A stretch of DNA of 64,000 nucleotides from a virus. The notes beneath the pieces were generated by a model. It saw nothing but the letters and a program-made list of their open reading frames with translations. It did not search any database and had not been told where the DNA came from. The first letter of the stretch is position 1. Each line of letters starts with the position of its first letter. Where the stretch lies: positions 21,091 through 85,090 of the IMG/VR virus record IMGVR_UViG_3300032174_000002; one strand, given 5' to 3'. The position numbers and the translations under genes are program-made. This document shows positions 28,576 to 38,518 of this stretch, in pieces.

Positions 28576-28815
28576 ATGGCAAACACCTCCTCACCGCGGA
28601 CCGACATCGCCAGGGCGCTCCGGGTCGCACGGGCGCGCCTTGGCATCGAGCAGGCCGAGATGGCGGAGCGCACCGGATGCAGTGCGTCCATGGTGTCGCT
28701 GCTCGAACGGGGTATGCGAGCCCCCAGCGCCGAGCTGCTGGCCGCCTACGCAGCCACCGCCGGCGTCCCTCTGTCGGAGATGCTCCGGTGGGGAGAGGAG
28801 GCGAGCGCGCCATGA
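28576..28815 (+). CDS. XRE/Cro-like HTH regulator
   Basis: LGIEQAEMAERTGCSASMVSLLERG. Confidence 0.85.
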   Translation: MANTSSPRTDIARALRVARARLGIEQAEMAERTGCSASMVSLLERGMRAPSAELLAAYAATAGVPLSEMLRWGEEASAP

Positions 28816-29090
28816 GCCGCACGCCGATCAACGATCTCGCCGAGCTGCTCCACAAGGAGGTGCTGCCGCGGATCTACGGCAAGCCCGTCCAGTTCGTGAT
28901 GCTGGTCTTCACCGACGAGCCGGAGGGAGCGGGAGGCGTCCGCGCCGACTGGATCTCGACCGTCAAGCGCGAGGACGCCAACACGGCCGTCGCCGAGTGG
29001 CTCCAGCGGATGGACCCGGAGATGGCCAAGCGCGTCTTCGACCGCCTGTTGCAGCAGAACCTTACCGGACCCGAGAGGGTCCAGGGATAG
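28812..29090 (+). CDS. Hypothetical protein
   Basis: ATGA overlap. Confidence 0.6.
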   Translation: MSRTPINDLAELLHKEVLPRIYGKPVQFVMLVFTDEPEGAGGVRADWISTVKREDANTAVAEWLQRMDPEMAKRVFDRLLQQNLTGPERVQG

Positions 29091-29109
29091 CCGAAAGGAG
29101 CCAGCCACG

Positions 29110-29763
29110 ATGACCACCAGGAAGAGAGCGAGGAAGCCGCCGGCAGCGAAGCCAGAGCCCGCGAAGGAAGCGGCTGAGGGACCGACAATCGAGTCGCTGC
29201 GCGCCGACGCGACCAGGCTGTCGGGCCAACTCCTGGCGGCGCAGGCCCGCGTCAAGGCGATGAGAGAGGCGCTCATCTGGTGCAGCGGCGCCAGCGACTT
29301 CGCGCCGCCGGACTACTCGGGCGCGCCGGAAGGAGGTCCGCCGAAGACTCCGGCCGGGAAGGCATATGAGGGATGGGAGAAGATCTGCCGCCCACTCCTC
29401 GCGAAGGAAGCCGCCGCAGCACCGGAGCCGGCAGCCGCAGCAGCGCCCCCAGAGCCGGAGAAGGCGGAAGCCGCCGCGCAGCCGGCCGAGGACGAGGCGA
29501 AGCGCCAGGCCGCGCGCGACGAGTTCAACCGCGCCTTCACCTTGAACGCCGAGGTCCGCATCGACTCCATCGTCGGATCGGAGCCGGCCCGGAGCCTCGA
29601 AGGCGACCTCCGCTCCTACATCGCCTTCCTGGAGCGCAAGTACGGGATGACGGTCCATGCCATCGACTACCAGAAGCGGCCGCGCGGCGAGTACATGCGG
29701 GCTACCACTACGTTGCTGCCGGAGAAGAGGCGCAGCGGCAACTGGTTCGCCTTGGCCGGCTGA
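29110..29763 (+). CDS. Hypothetical protein
   Basis: AAGGAG RBS. Confidence 0.6.
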   Translation: MTTRKRARKPPAAKPEPAKEAAEGPTIESLRADATRLSGQLLAAQARVKAMREALIWCSGASDFAPPDYSGAPEGGPPKTPAGKAYEGWEKICRPLLAKEAAAAPEPAAAAAPPEPEKAEAAAQPAEDEAKRQAARDEFNRAFTLNAEVRIDSIVGSEPARSLEGDLRSYIAFLERKYGMTVHAIDYQKRPRGEYMRATTTLLPEKRRSGNWFALAG

Positions 29764-29766
29764 GCC

Positions 29767-30435
29767 ATGGCGGAGCCCCGCATCATCACCGCCTTCGACG
29801 AGATCGCCCAGCTGGCCATCCGGCTGGGCGTCGTGCCGCTCAACGCCCGGCCGGGCTGCTGGGAGTTCCAGGTGGACGAGCATTGGTGGATCGCGGTCAA
29901 CGGCCACCGCGAGTCGCTGAAGTGCTCGAAGGGTGTCGCGGTCGAGCCGTTCAACGCTTACGTGGAGTTCAACGGCTGGCCCGCGGGCAGCTTCAACCCG
30001 GCCGGCGGGATCATGGCGGCCGGAGAGGCGGCGAACGAGGATGCCTTCATCGCGGCGCTGCGGGCTGCGGTTCCGGCGCTACGACGCCCAACGCCGGCGG
30101 ATGGCCGAGGTTCCGACCTCCCTGGTGCCGGCCTCTGCTGGCGAGGTGCGGGAGTTGATCGGGCGGCTGTTCGGAGGCGCCGGGCGATGAGAGCGGCGAA
30201 GGATTGGGACTGGCGCAGCCGGCACGAGCGCATCCTGGCCCTCCTGGGACGCAACGCCAACGCCGGCGTGGATGGCGTCGCGACCGTGCGAGAGATCGCC
30301 CAGCAGCTCGACGTCGGCTATCAGCTCACCCTCCGCGACCTCTGGGCGCTCGCTTCCCAGGGCAAGATCACGATGAAGCGCCGCGAGCGGGACGGGCGGC
30401 TATTTCCTTCGATCCGACAGGAGAATGCTCTATGA
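29767..30435 (+). CDS. Hypothetical protein; C-terminal part winged-HTH-like (may be a separate gene from 30187)
   Basis: ATVREIAQQLDVGYQLTLRDLWAL. Confidence 0.5.
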   Translation: MAEPRIITAFDEIAQLAIRLGVVPLNARPGCWEFQVDEHWWIAVNGHRESLKCSKGVAVEPFNAYVEFNGWPAGSFNPAGGIMAAGEAANEDAFIAALRAAVPALRRPTPADGRGSDLPGAGLCWRGAGVDRAAVRRRRAMRAAKDWDWRSRHERILALLGRNANAGVDGVATVREIAQQLDVGYQLTLRDLWALASQGKITMKRRERDGRLFPSIRQENAL

Positions 30436-31099
30436 AGGACAGCGATTCCGGGACGCAGAAAGGCCTGCTGCGCAGCCGCCAGACCCTCGAAGCGGTTATG
30501 GCGTTCCTCCACGAGGTCAAGTCGTTCGACATCGCGCCGGTCAAGATCGCCTTCGACAAGGCGCGGCGGCACTGCAAGGCGCTCGGCCAGGATCTCTTCG
30601 AGGCGGACATGGCCTCGCAGCTGCGGGCCGGCGGCCCACCGGCCGGCCCCTGTTCGAGCAGGAAGCCGAGGAGCGCGCCGCGGCCGACCGGGCCGAGCTG
30701 GTACGGCAGGCGACCGGCGATGCGCCTCCCGATGCCGTGCCCGAGGCCGAGAAGAAGAAGCGCGGCCGACCCAAGAAGCGGGCGCCCGAGGGACCGCCAG
30801 CCGAGGATGCTGCGCCGCCCGAGGTCACCCCGGAGCCGCCGGCCGAGGAGCCCCAGGCCTCGGAGCGCGCCACGGTCACCTATGAGCTGCGCCGCGACAC
30901 CAACATGGGCGGGGCCACCTACGCCTGCCGCCTGGTGAGCCGGGGCGGCCCTCCCGTTCTGACCGGCCTGTCTCGGCCGATCGAGCCCCGCGAGCTGGCG
31001 GCCATGACGCTGGAGAATCTTCCCTCCCTGGCCTACGACGAGACGCCCGAGATGCTCGGATGGGCGGCGGGGCAACTGCGGGCGATCGAGCCCGGCTGA
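30432..31099 (+). pseudogene. Hypothetical gene with apparent -1 frameshift near 30650 (AT-hook-like KKRGRPKK)
   Basis: Coding-like frame switches at GGCCCCTG. Confidence 0.45.
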
Positions 31100-31157
31100 G
31101 CCGGTAAAATCCCGCGCCGGTTGTAAAAAGCCGGCGAGATTCCGATGAGGTGAAGCG

Positions 31158-32015
31158 ATGCAGCGATACACGCAGGAGTTGATTACCAGCGTCGGACACC
31201 CAGAGGATGGACACACCGCGCAGGCAACCGTCGAGCCGGTGATGGTGCCGCGGCCGGCCGGCGAGTGGGTGCGGTTCGCCGACGTACCCCTGGCGACGAT
31301 CACCGCACTCAACATCGCCGAGCGCGACTGCGAAGCGGCCGTCGGCAAGGCGACAAACGCCGAACGCGAGCGCGATGCGGCCCGCCAGTCCTTCGCCGAC
31401 ACCGAGAATGCGCGCCTCGCTTTACTCGCCGAGTTGCGCATCGTCCAGGTCGGCAGGGACACGGCGCAGCGTGAAGTGGTGCGTGAGCACGACGGCAGGG
31501 TCGCGGCTGCCCGCGAGCGCGACGCCGCACTGAAGCTCGCCGAAGAACGCTCCCTGGCGGCAGGGATAGCCGAGGAAGCGCTACGGAAGGATGCAGCCGT
31601 CATCCAAGCCCTGAACGCGCAGTGCGAAGCGGACAGGGCCAGGGCAGGCGCCGCGGAGAAGGCGTTGGAGACAGCGCGCGCGGACCGGGACGTCCTCACC
31701 CGCATGCTGGCCGAGACTCGCGCGGACGCCATCCTGCTCGCGGCGTTCCCGCGCCTCCGGGAAGTCATCGCCGGGCCTAGTGCCGCGCCGGTAGAACGGC
31801 CAGGCGGCGGCTGGAGCTACGACATGGAAGCCGCGCCGCGAGACGGCAGTTCCAGGGACACGATCGAGTTGGCGACGGAGGAGGGCGTCCTGGTCGGCTT
31901 CTGGCACCTCAGTCGCGAGTGGCTGGCGCCGCGCAGTCTTGCGCCCTTGCCGACTCCGTACGCCTGGCGCCGCGTGCGAATTCCACCGCGGCCGGCCGCC
32001 ACCGAGGGGAGCTGA
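31158..32015 (+). CDS. Coiled-coil protein with C-terminal APRDG (DUF551-like) domain
   Basis: ERD heptads; WSYDMEAAPRDG...P.AWR. Confidence 0.6.
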   Translation: MQRYTQELITSVGHPEDGHTAQATVEPVMVPRPAGEWVRFADVPLATITALNIAERDCEAAVGKATNAERERDAARQSFADTENARLALLAELRIVQVGRDTAQREVVREHDGRVAAARERDAALKLAEERSLAAGIAEEALRKDAAVIQALNAQCEADRARAGAAEKALETARADRDVLTRMLAETRADAILLAAFPRLREVIAGPSAAPVERPGGGWSYDMEAAPRDGSSRDTIELATEEGVLVGFWHLSREWLAPRSLAPLPTPYAWRRVRIPPRPAATEGS

Positions 32016-32018
32016 GGC

Positions 32019-32252
32019 ATGGAGATCACGCTCCGCAGCACCAGCAAGATCGTCACCGTCAACGGTAACGTGCAGGCGCGGGTTTGGGAGGGAGCGACCG
32101 CTTCGGGAACGCCGATCACGGCCCTGGTGACCCGGATCGTCGTAGCGGAAGACGCCGGCGCCGAGCGGCATGCCGAGTTCGAGCGCGAGCTGCAAGAGAC
32201 CGCCGCGCCCACGGGCGTGAACGAGGCATTCCCTCTCCGCCTGATCCTCTGA
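32019..32252 (+). CDS. Hypothetical phage protein
   Basis: ARVWEG.T.SG motif. Confidence 0.6.
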   Translation: MEITLRSTSKIVTVNGNVQARVWEGATASGTPITALVTRIVVAEDAGAERHAEFERELQETAAPTGVNEAFPLRLIL

Positions 32253-32454
32253 TGCGCCGCTCCCCGAAATCCCGCTTGCGCCGCCGGCGCCAGGACCCCG
32301 GCCCCAAGCCGGTCGTCTTGGAAGACGGCGACCCGCGCATCGTACCTGACTGGACCGGGCAATGTACCGTCTGCGGCAACTCGCCCATCGTGCCGCTGAC
32401 CGGCCTGTGCGGGCCCTGCACTTGGGGCGAGGCCGAGACGGCTGGAGGAAACTG

Positions 32455-32784
32455 GTGACCGAGCGCGTCATGACCCCTGGCCACCTCCTCGCCGGCCCCG
32501 CGGAGGACCACTACGTCCTCCGGGTCGTGGGCGACATGGCGGCAGAGGACGGCATCCAAGACGGAGACCTCCTGGTGCTGCTGCGGGCCGAGGCGCGCCC
32601 GGGCGACGTCGCCGCGGTGCTGGTCGGCGGGGACTGCTACCTGCGCCGCTACTTCCCGGAGGGCGCCACGGTCAGGCTGGATGCGCTCGGCCGCGGTAGG
32701 CCCGCGATCTCTGTCCCGGCCGCGGATATCAAGGTCCAGGGCGTCGTGGCCGGGCTGATGCGGAAGTACCGGAGGGGAGCGTGA
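32455..32784 (+). CDS. Stand-alone LexA/S24 peptidase-like domain, catalytically inactive
   Basis: YVLRVVGD-MA, GIQDGDLLV, GDVAAVLV, LRR, VQGVVAGLMRKY align to the LexA C-terminal domain. Confidence 0.8.
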   Translation: MTERVMTPGHLLAGPAEDHYVLRVVGDMAAEDGIQDGDLLVLLRAEARPGDVAAVLVGGDCYLRRYFPEGATVRLDALGRGRPAISVPAADIKVQGVVAGLMRKYRRGA

Positions 32785-32971
32785 GGGCCCTCTCCCGCCT
32801 CGCCAGGCATCTCGGCAAACGGACGCGCTGGTGCCTGTTCGTGGCAGCGAGCGCGGCCACCGCCAACCGCCTCGGGACCTGGCCTGCGCCAGCGGACTGC
32901 GCCAGCCGCGCCGATGAGCTCGAGGCCGAGTATCAGGAGCGCTTCGGCAGGAAGCGCAAGAAGGGGGCTGC

Positions 32972-34699
32972 TTGACCGTGAAGTTGCATCTCGCCGCCGA
33001 CCTGGCCCTACCGCTCGACGCCTGCACGCAGACCTTCCTGGTGGTCGGCAAGCGCGGGAGCGGCAAGACCAACACCTGCGGTCGGCTCGCCGAGCAGCTG
33101 CATCACGCGAAGCTGCCCTTCGTCGTAGTCGACCCGGTGGACTCGTGGTGGGGCCTCAAGGCGGCGCAGGACGGCCGCGGGCCCGGTCTCGACGTCTACG
33201 TCTTCGGCGGCAGCCATGCCGACCTGCCGCTCGAGGCGACCGGCGGCAGCTTGGTCGCCGACGTCGTGATCGAGAACCGCATCTCGGCCATCCTCTCGAT
33301 CAAGCACTTCAGCGGCCGGGAGCGCTCCCGTTTCGTCTCCGACTTCGCCGACCGGTTGTTCCGCAAGAACGCCGGCGAGCCGGTGCATCTCTTCCTCGAG
33401 GAGGCCCACGAGGTGGCGCCGCAGCAGATCCCGAAGCGCGAGGGCGCCGAGGAGATGCTGGGCCGGGTGACGCGGATCTGGAAGCTCGGCCGCTCTTCGG
33501 GGATCGGCGGCTCCGCGATCACGCAACGGCCGGCCAGCTTGTCGAAGAACATCACGACCCAGGCCGAGATTCTGATCGTGCATCGCCTGATCGGCCCGCA
33601 GGACGTGGCCGCCATCAAGGAGTGGATCAAGTACCACGGCGAGAGCGAGGAGATCCTGCCGACCCTCTCTGGCCTCAAGACCGGCGAGGCGTGGGTGTGG
33701 GCCCCCGACTTCCCGGAGAGCGCGCCGATCGGGCTGCGCCGGGTGCAGATCCTGAAACGCGAGACGTTCGACTCCTCGGCAACTCCTACCGGCCACCGCG
33801 TCGAGCCGCGGGAGTTGGCGCCGGTCGACATCGCCGGCATCAGCTCGAAGATGGCGGCCACGATCGAGCGAGCGAAGGCCGAGGACCCGAAGGAGTTGCG
33901 GCGGCGGATCGCGGAGCTCGAGCGCGCGCTGGTGGTGGCCGAGAAGAAGGCGGCGGTCGAGCCGATCGTCACCCAGCGCGTCGAGGTGCCGGTCCTGGCG
34001 CTGGACATCGCTGTGCGCCTGACCCGCGACGCCGGCGCCATCCAGGCGGCGGCCGAGGGGATGGCGAGGACGGCGGCCGAGATCGCTGCGGGAGTTCAGC
34101 GAGCGCAGGCCGCAGGCGAGGCGGCCACGCGCCGGCCCATCGCGGCACCAGCGCCCGTCCGTGCCGCGGTCCCGCGGCAGGCACCCCATGCGCGCGCCAC
34201 CCAGCCGCGGCAGGGAGGCCCCGCACCTGCCGAGAACGGTCGCCTCCCCGTCGGCGAGCGCCGCATCCTGACCGCCATCGCTCAGTACCCGGAGGGGGCG
34301 AGCCGCGAACAGCTGACCATCCTCACCGGCTACAAGCGGTCCTCGCGAGACACCTACCTTCAGCGCCTCGGGGCTCGCGGCCTGGTCGACGCCGCCGGTG
34401 GCGGCATGCTGATGGCCACCGGCGCAGGCATGGCCGCCCTTGGCGATGACTTCGAGCCCCTCCCGACCGGAGCGGCCCTGCAGTCCTACTGGCTCGACCG
34501 GCTCCCGGAGGGCGAGCGCCGCATCCTCGCCATCCTGATCGGCGCCTATCCGCGGGCGGTGCAGCGGCCCGACCTCGACGAGGCGACTGGCTACAAGCGC
34601 TCGAGCCGTGACACCTACTTGCAGCGGCTGGGCTCGCGCCGGCTGATCACGGCCGCCGGGCCCGGCGAGGTGCGGGCGAGCGAGGGGCTGTTCGGATGA
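32972..34699 (+). CDS. HerA/FtsK-superfamily (DUF87-like) ATPase with tandem C-terminal winged helices
   Basis: GKRGSGKT, VDP, FLEEAH, GR..GIG, TQRPA; duplicated GERRIL...TGYKRSSRDTYLQRL. Confidence 0.8.
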   Translation: MTVKLHLAADLALPLDACTQTFLVVGKRGSGKTNTCGRLAEQLHHAKLPFVVVDPVDSWWGLKAAQDGRGPGLDVYVFGGSHADLPLEATGGSLVADVVIENRISAILSIKHFSGRERSRFVSDFADRLFRKNAGEPVHLFLEEAHEVAPQQIPKREGAEEMLGRVTRIWKLGRSSGIGGSAITQRPASLSKNITTQAEILIVHRLIGPQDVAAIKEWIKYHGESEEILPTLSGLKTGEAWVWAPDFPESAPIGLRRVQILKRETFDSSATPTGHRVEPRELAPVDIAGISSKMAATIERAKAEDPKELRRRIAELERALVVAEKKAAVEPIVTQRVEVPVLALDIAVRLTRDAGAIQAAAEGMARTAAEIAAGVQRAQAAGEAATRRPIAAPAPVRAAVPRQAPHARATQPRQGGPAPAENGRLPVGERRILTAIAQYPEGASREQLTILTGYKRSSRDTYLQRLGARGLVDAAGGGMLMATGAGMAALGDDFEPLPTGAALQSYWLDRLPEGERRILAILIGAYPRAVQRPDLDEATGYKRSSRDTYLQRLGSRRLITAAGPGEVRASEGLFG

Positions 34700-35108
34700 G
34701 GCTCGTCGACGAGCAGTACGTCAGCCCCGCGGAGGCCCGCGAGCAAGGGGAGGCGGCCGCCAGGCGCCAGGCCGACCTCGAAGAGCCAACCCTTACACCT
34801 CTCCGATGCCGAAGACGAGGAGCGCGCCTTCAACCCGCCCGCTGCACGCGCCTGGAATGCCGGCTGGACCCGGGAGAGACTGCGGCAGCTGGCAACGCTT
34901 ACCGGGCCGAAGAAGGCACCTGCATGAGCACCCGCCGCCTCGCCTTCCCGGCCCATCTCGCCGGCGTTCCCGTGGTCGACCTCCGCCACCTGCGCGAGTC
35001 TCGCCAGCCGGTAGCCGCCTACCTGGTCGGCGCCGAGCACCGCGGCGAGGGCGCCATGCTCCTGGCCCACCTGCGCGGCACGCTGCACGTCCACCCCGAG
35101 GCCAGCCG

Positions 35109-36002
35109 GTGAACGGTCGCCACTGGACGCCGCTCGAGGACGGCCAACTGCGCCGGCTCTATCCGGTCCTGCCGCGCGTCGACCTCGAGCGCTTCTTCCA
35201 GCGCCGCATGACCGCGATCTGGACGCGGGCGGCCGTCCTCGGCTTGAGCCGCGGGAAGTGGACGGAGGCCGAGAAGGCCGCGCTGCGCCGCCTCTACCCG
35301 ACCCTCCCGGCTCCGGATCTCGAGCGGTACTTCCGCCGGCCCATGGGCGCCATCTCGCAACAGGCGATGAAGCTCGGCTGTCAACGCCGACCGCCTGGCG
35401 GACGCTTCGGCCCCGGCCATCCCACATACCGCTGGAACGCCGGCAAGAAGATCGGCTCTCGCGGCCGCACGGCCGAGACCCAGTTCAAGCCACGACAGAT
35501 CTCGAACACCTGGGTGCCGATCGGGACCGTGGTCATCGACACCGAGGGCTACCGCAAGATCAAGGTATCCGACGACCGCACCGTGCCCTCGCGCTTCAAC
35601 TGGCGGTTCTGCCACGTCCTGCTCTGGGAGCGCCACCGCGGCCCGGTGCCGCGCGGCCATGTCGTCACCTTCCGTGACGGCGACCGCTCCCACATCCGGA
35701 TGCCGAACCTCGAGCTGATTACCCGCCGCGAGCTGCGGCGCCGCAACAGCATCCACGCCCTCTACCCGCCCGAGCTGAAGGCGGTCATCTACCAACTCGC
35801 CGGACTCAAGCACCGGATTACCATCAAGGAGAGGAAGCTACGCCATGCCCAAGACAAGAACGCTGGAGGACCTCCGGGAGCTGCTATTCAGCGCCGCCGA
35901 ACGGCTCGAGAAGGCGGACGGCGACGCCCTCGAGGCCGAGTTGAAGCGCGCCAAGGCCACCGGCGAGATCGGCAAGGTGCTGATCGCAACCGGCAGGCTT
36001 GA
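35109..36002 (+). CDS. HNH endonuclease with N-terminal WT..E..LRRLYP repeats
   Basis: PIGT...GY..IKV, H..LWE...GPVP.GH...F.DGD....NL. Confidence 0.8.
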   Translation: MNGRHWTPLEDGQLRRLYPVLPRVDLERFFQRRMTAIWTRAAVLGLSRGKWTEAEKAALRRLYPTLPAPDLERYFRRPMGAISQQAMKLGCQRRPPGGRFGPGHPTYRWNAGKKIGSRGRTAETQFKPRQISNTWVPIGTVVIDTEGYRKIKVSDDRTVPSRFNWRFCHVLLWERHRGPVPRGHVVTFRDGDRSHIRMPNLELITRRELRRRNSIHALYPPELKAVIYQLAGLKHRITIKERKLRHAQDKNAGGPPGAAIQRRRTAREGGRRRPRGRVEARQGHRRDRQGADRNRQA

Positions 36003-36144
36003 GCTGGAGCATCTCCGGCAGACCGGGCGAGAGAGCGTACCAGCCAAGTTCCTGGGCTCGCGCACGGCCGCCCGGGTCGAGCAGGAGAGCAACGGCCCGC
36101 GCGCCCTGGCCGCTGCGCCGCCGGCGGGAAGACGGCCAGCGTGA
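35845..36144 (+). CDS. Phage protein commonly following this HNH type
   Basis: LEDLRELLF...EL.RAKA. Confidence 0.55.
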   Translation: MPKTRTLEDLRELLFSAAERLEKADGDALEAELKRAKATGEIGKVLIATGRLELEHLRQTGRESVPAKFLGSRTAARVEQESNGPRALAAAPPAGRRPA

Positions 36145-38153
36145 AACCTGTGGGAACGCTTGATCCTGAAAGGAACCCGTACATGACCGAACCAGCCACC
36201 AGTCCCGTCGGCCAACTGCTCCCGATCACCCACCTCCACCCCAACCCCTGGAGCAAGCGCCGGAAGAGCGCCGCGACGGCCAAGGAGGACGCCGAGCTCG
36301 CCGCCAGCGTCCGCGAGCTGGGGATCCTGGAGAACCTCCTGGTGCGCCCGCTCCCAGAGGACGCCGCGAAGGAGTTGAAGCTCAAGGACCCGGCCGGTCA
36401 CTACCAGGTGGTCGCCGGCAAGCGCCGCCTGCAAGCCGCCCTCGACGCCGGGCTCGACCTGGTGCCCTGCACGGTCCGCGACCTCGACGACCACCGGGCG
36501 CGCGTCATCACCATCTCGGAGAACCTGCACCGGCTGGACATCCACTGGCTCGACGAGGCGCAGGGCGTCGCCGGGCTGCTCGAGGAGTTTGGAAACCAAG
36601 AAGCGGTCGCCGTCGAGCTCGGCCGCTCGGTTGGCTGGGTGGCGCGCCGCAAGCGCCTGCTCGATCTCTCGCCGGCCTGGCTGGCGATCGCCGAGGACCC
36701 GGAGGGGCAGCCCGAGACCTCCATGAAGGGCTTCGCCGCGGCCTGGGGAACCGCCCACTTCGAGCAGATCGCCATCCTCGAGACGGAGGCCCAGGACGAC
36801 ATTCTCGAGCCGCAGATGCAGTGGCAGCTCCGGGACGCCCGCACCGCCGGGCAGCTGGCCCAGCTGATCGCCGCCCGCACTCGCGCGCTGTCCTCGTTCC
36901 CGTGGCCGTTGAGGGACGCCGAGCTCTACCCGGCGGCCGGCGCCTGCTCGACCTGCCCGATGCGCTCGTCGCAGAATCCCGGCCTCTTCGACGACCAGGA
37001 GGCGGCCGAGGGCGGCAAGCCCACCAAGAAGCCGCGGGGCCACGGCGCCGACCGCTGCCTGAACCCGAAGTGCGCCGACGAAAAGGCCCGGCGCTTCGTC
37101 GAGCGCCGCCACGCCGAGCTGAAGGCGGAACACTCGAAGGTGCTGTTGATCAAGGGCGACGGCCACGACGCGCGCCAGGCGCCGGCGGGGGCCATCAACA
37201 GCTGGGAGGTCCAGAAAGTCAAGGAGGGCGACAAGGGCGCCGTGCCGGCCGTGATCGCGTCGGGCCGGGACGCCGGCCGGGTGCAGTGGGTCAAGCCGCC
37301 CTCCTCGGGCCGCGCCGAGAGAGCCGCCACCAAGGCCGCCGGCGGCAAACCGGAGAAGACGCCGCTCGCCGACCGGAAGGCCGCGCTCGCCCGCCGGCGG
37401 ATGGGCCACGCGATCGATGCCATGAAGGCCGCGATCGTCCAGCAGCCGGCGCCGGCGCTCGAGGTCTGCATCCGCTTGGCGATCACGGCCGGGACGAAGC
37501 AGGCGAACGACGCGACCGGCGGCTACCACTACGGCTTCGACGAGCTGCTGCCGCGGTGCGAAGGGAACACCGCCCACGAGGCCCGGCGGCTGCTGCTCGC
37601 CGGCACCGGCCAGAACGATACGATCGTGGGGGAACTCGAAGACCGGGCAGACCGCGAAGAGAACGCGGCGGCCAGCCATCGCGATCGCCGCGACACCTCG
37701 GCGCGTGTGTGGGAATCCTTTGTGGCCCTCGGCCAGTTCACCGGGGGCGTTGACGCTACCGCCGAGATGCTCGCCGCTTACCTCTGGGCGCGCGTTCTCC
37801 CGACGCTCTACGGCCGGATGACGCCGACCGGGATGCCGGATCACGTGAAAGTGGCCTACGCTGAGGCCGAGAGGACCGCCGCCCTGGTCGGGCTCAAGGC
37901 CAAGGTCTACCTCGAGCAGGCCACCGTAGCGTTGCCCGATCCGAAGGGCTGGGCGAAGGAGGAGGCCGAGGAGGCGGCGAAGAAGCCGGCGCGCGAGCCC
38001 AAGCAGAAGAAGGCCCCTCGTGCGGTGCGCGAGAAAGCCAAGAGGGAAGCCATGCCGCCGATCACTGATGAGGCCGCGCGGCTGATCCACTCGCTCCACC
38101 CGCCGGCGAAGGCCAAAGGGAAGGCCGGCCGCGGTAAGAAGGCGAAGTCGTGA
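36141..38153 (+). CDS. parB: ParB/RepB/Spo0J family protein, long form
   Basis: ELAASV..GIL..LLVRP, YQVVAGKRR, ISENLHR.D, HTH, CSTCP, CLNP.C. Confidence 0.85.
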   Translation: MKPVGTLDPERNPYMTEPATSPVGQLLPITHLHPNPWSKRRKSAATAKEDAELAASVRELGILENLLVRPLPEDAAKELKLKDPAGHYQVVAGKRRLQAALDAGLDLVPCTVRDLDDHRARVITISENLHRLDIHWLDEAQGVAGLLEEFGNQEAVAVELGRSVGWVARRKRLLDLSPAWLAIAEDPEGQPETSMKGFAAAWGTAHFEQIAILETEAQDDILEPQMQWQLRDARTAGQLAQLIAARTRALSSFPWPLRDAELYPAAGACSTCPMRSSQNPGLFDDQEAAEGGKPTKKPRGHGADRCLNPKCADEKARRFVERRHAELKAEHSKVLLIKGDGHDARQAPAGAINSWEVQKVKEGDKGAVPAVIASGRDAGRVQWVKPPSSGRAERAATKAAGGKPEKTPLADRKAALARRRMGHAIDAMKAAIVQQPAPALEVCIRLAITAGTKQANDATGGYHYGFDELLPRCEGNTAHEARRLLLAGTGQNDTIVGELEDRADREENAAASHRDRRDTSARVWESFVALGQFTGGVDATAEMLAAYLWARVLPTLYGRMTPTGMPDHVKVAYAEAERTAALVGLKAKVYLEQATVALPDPKGWAKEEAEEAAKKPAREPKQKKAPRAVREKAKREAMPPITDEAARLIHSLHPPAKAKGKAGRGKKAKS

Positions 38154-38518
38154 GCGGCATTTACTCCGCGACGGCGGGCCAGCGGGAGCGAGTCCTCCTG
38201 GGCGTCTCGCTGCTGATCTTCCTGCTCGGCGGGATCGCCATCGGCTTCGCCGGCGCGGCGGTGATCATGGGCCACGGAAGCCGCCAAGCGCCGACGGTGA
38301 AGGCTCCCGCAGTCGCGCCGGGCGATTGGGGCGGCGCGCGCGTTACGCTCAGCACCGGCGAGCAGGCCCACGGCTTCAAGGTGTCCGGCGCCACGGATAC
38401 CGTCTTCGTCTTTACCTTCCCCGAGGGCAATAACTGCCTCGTCCGACTCCAGCCGGCCCCAGGCGACCGGACGGCTGCCGCTGCCATGGCCTGCACCTGG
38501 TTGAAGGCAGCCCCGTGA
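38150..38518 (+). CDS. Membrane-anchored protein
   Basis: N-terminal TM helix. Confidence 0.55.
   Translation: MSGIYSATAGQRERVLLGVSLLIFLLGGIAIGFAGAAVIMGHGSRQAPTVKAPAVAPGDWGGARVTLSTGEQAHGFKVSGATDTVFVFTFPEGNNCLVRLQPAPGDRTAAAAMACTWLKAAP

Noticed and set aside
35838-38099. Long antisense ORFs (this 753-aa ORF and many similar)
   Set aside because: Shadow frames of real genes in high-GC DNA; no motifs
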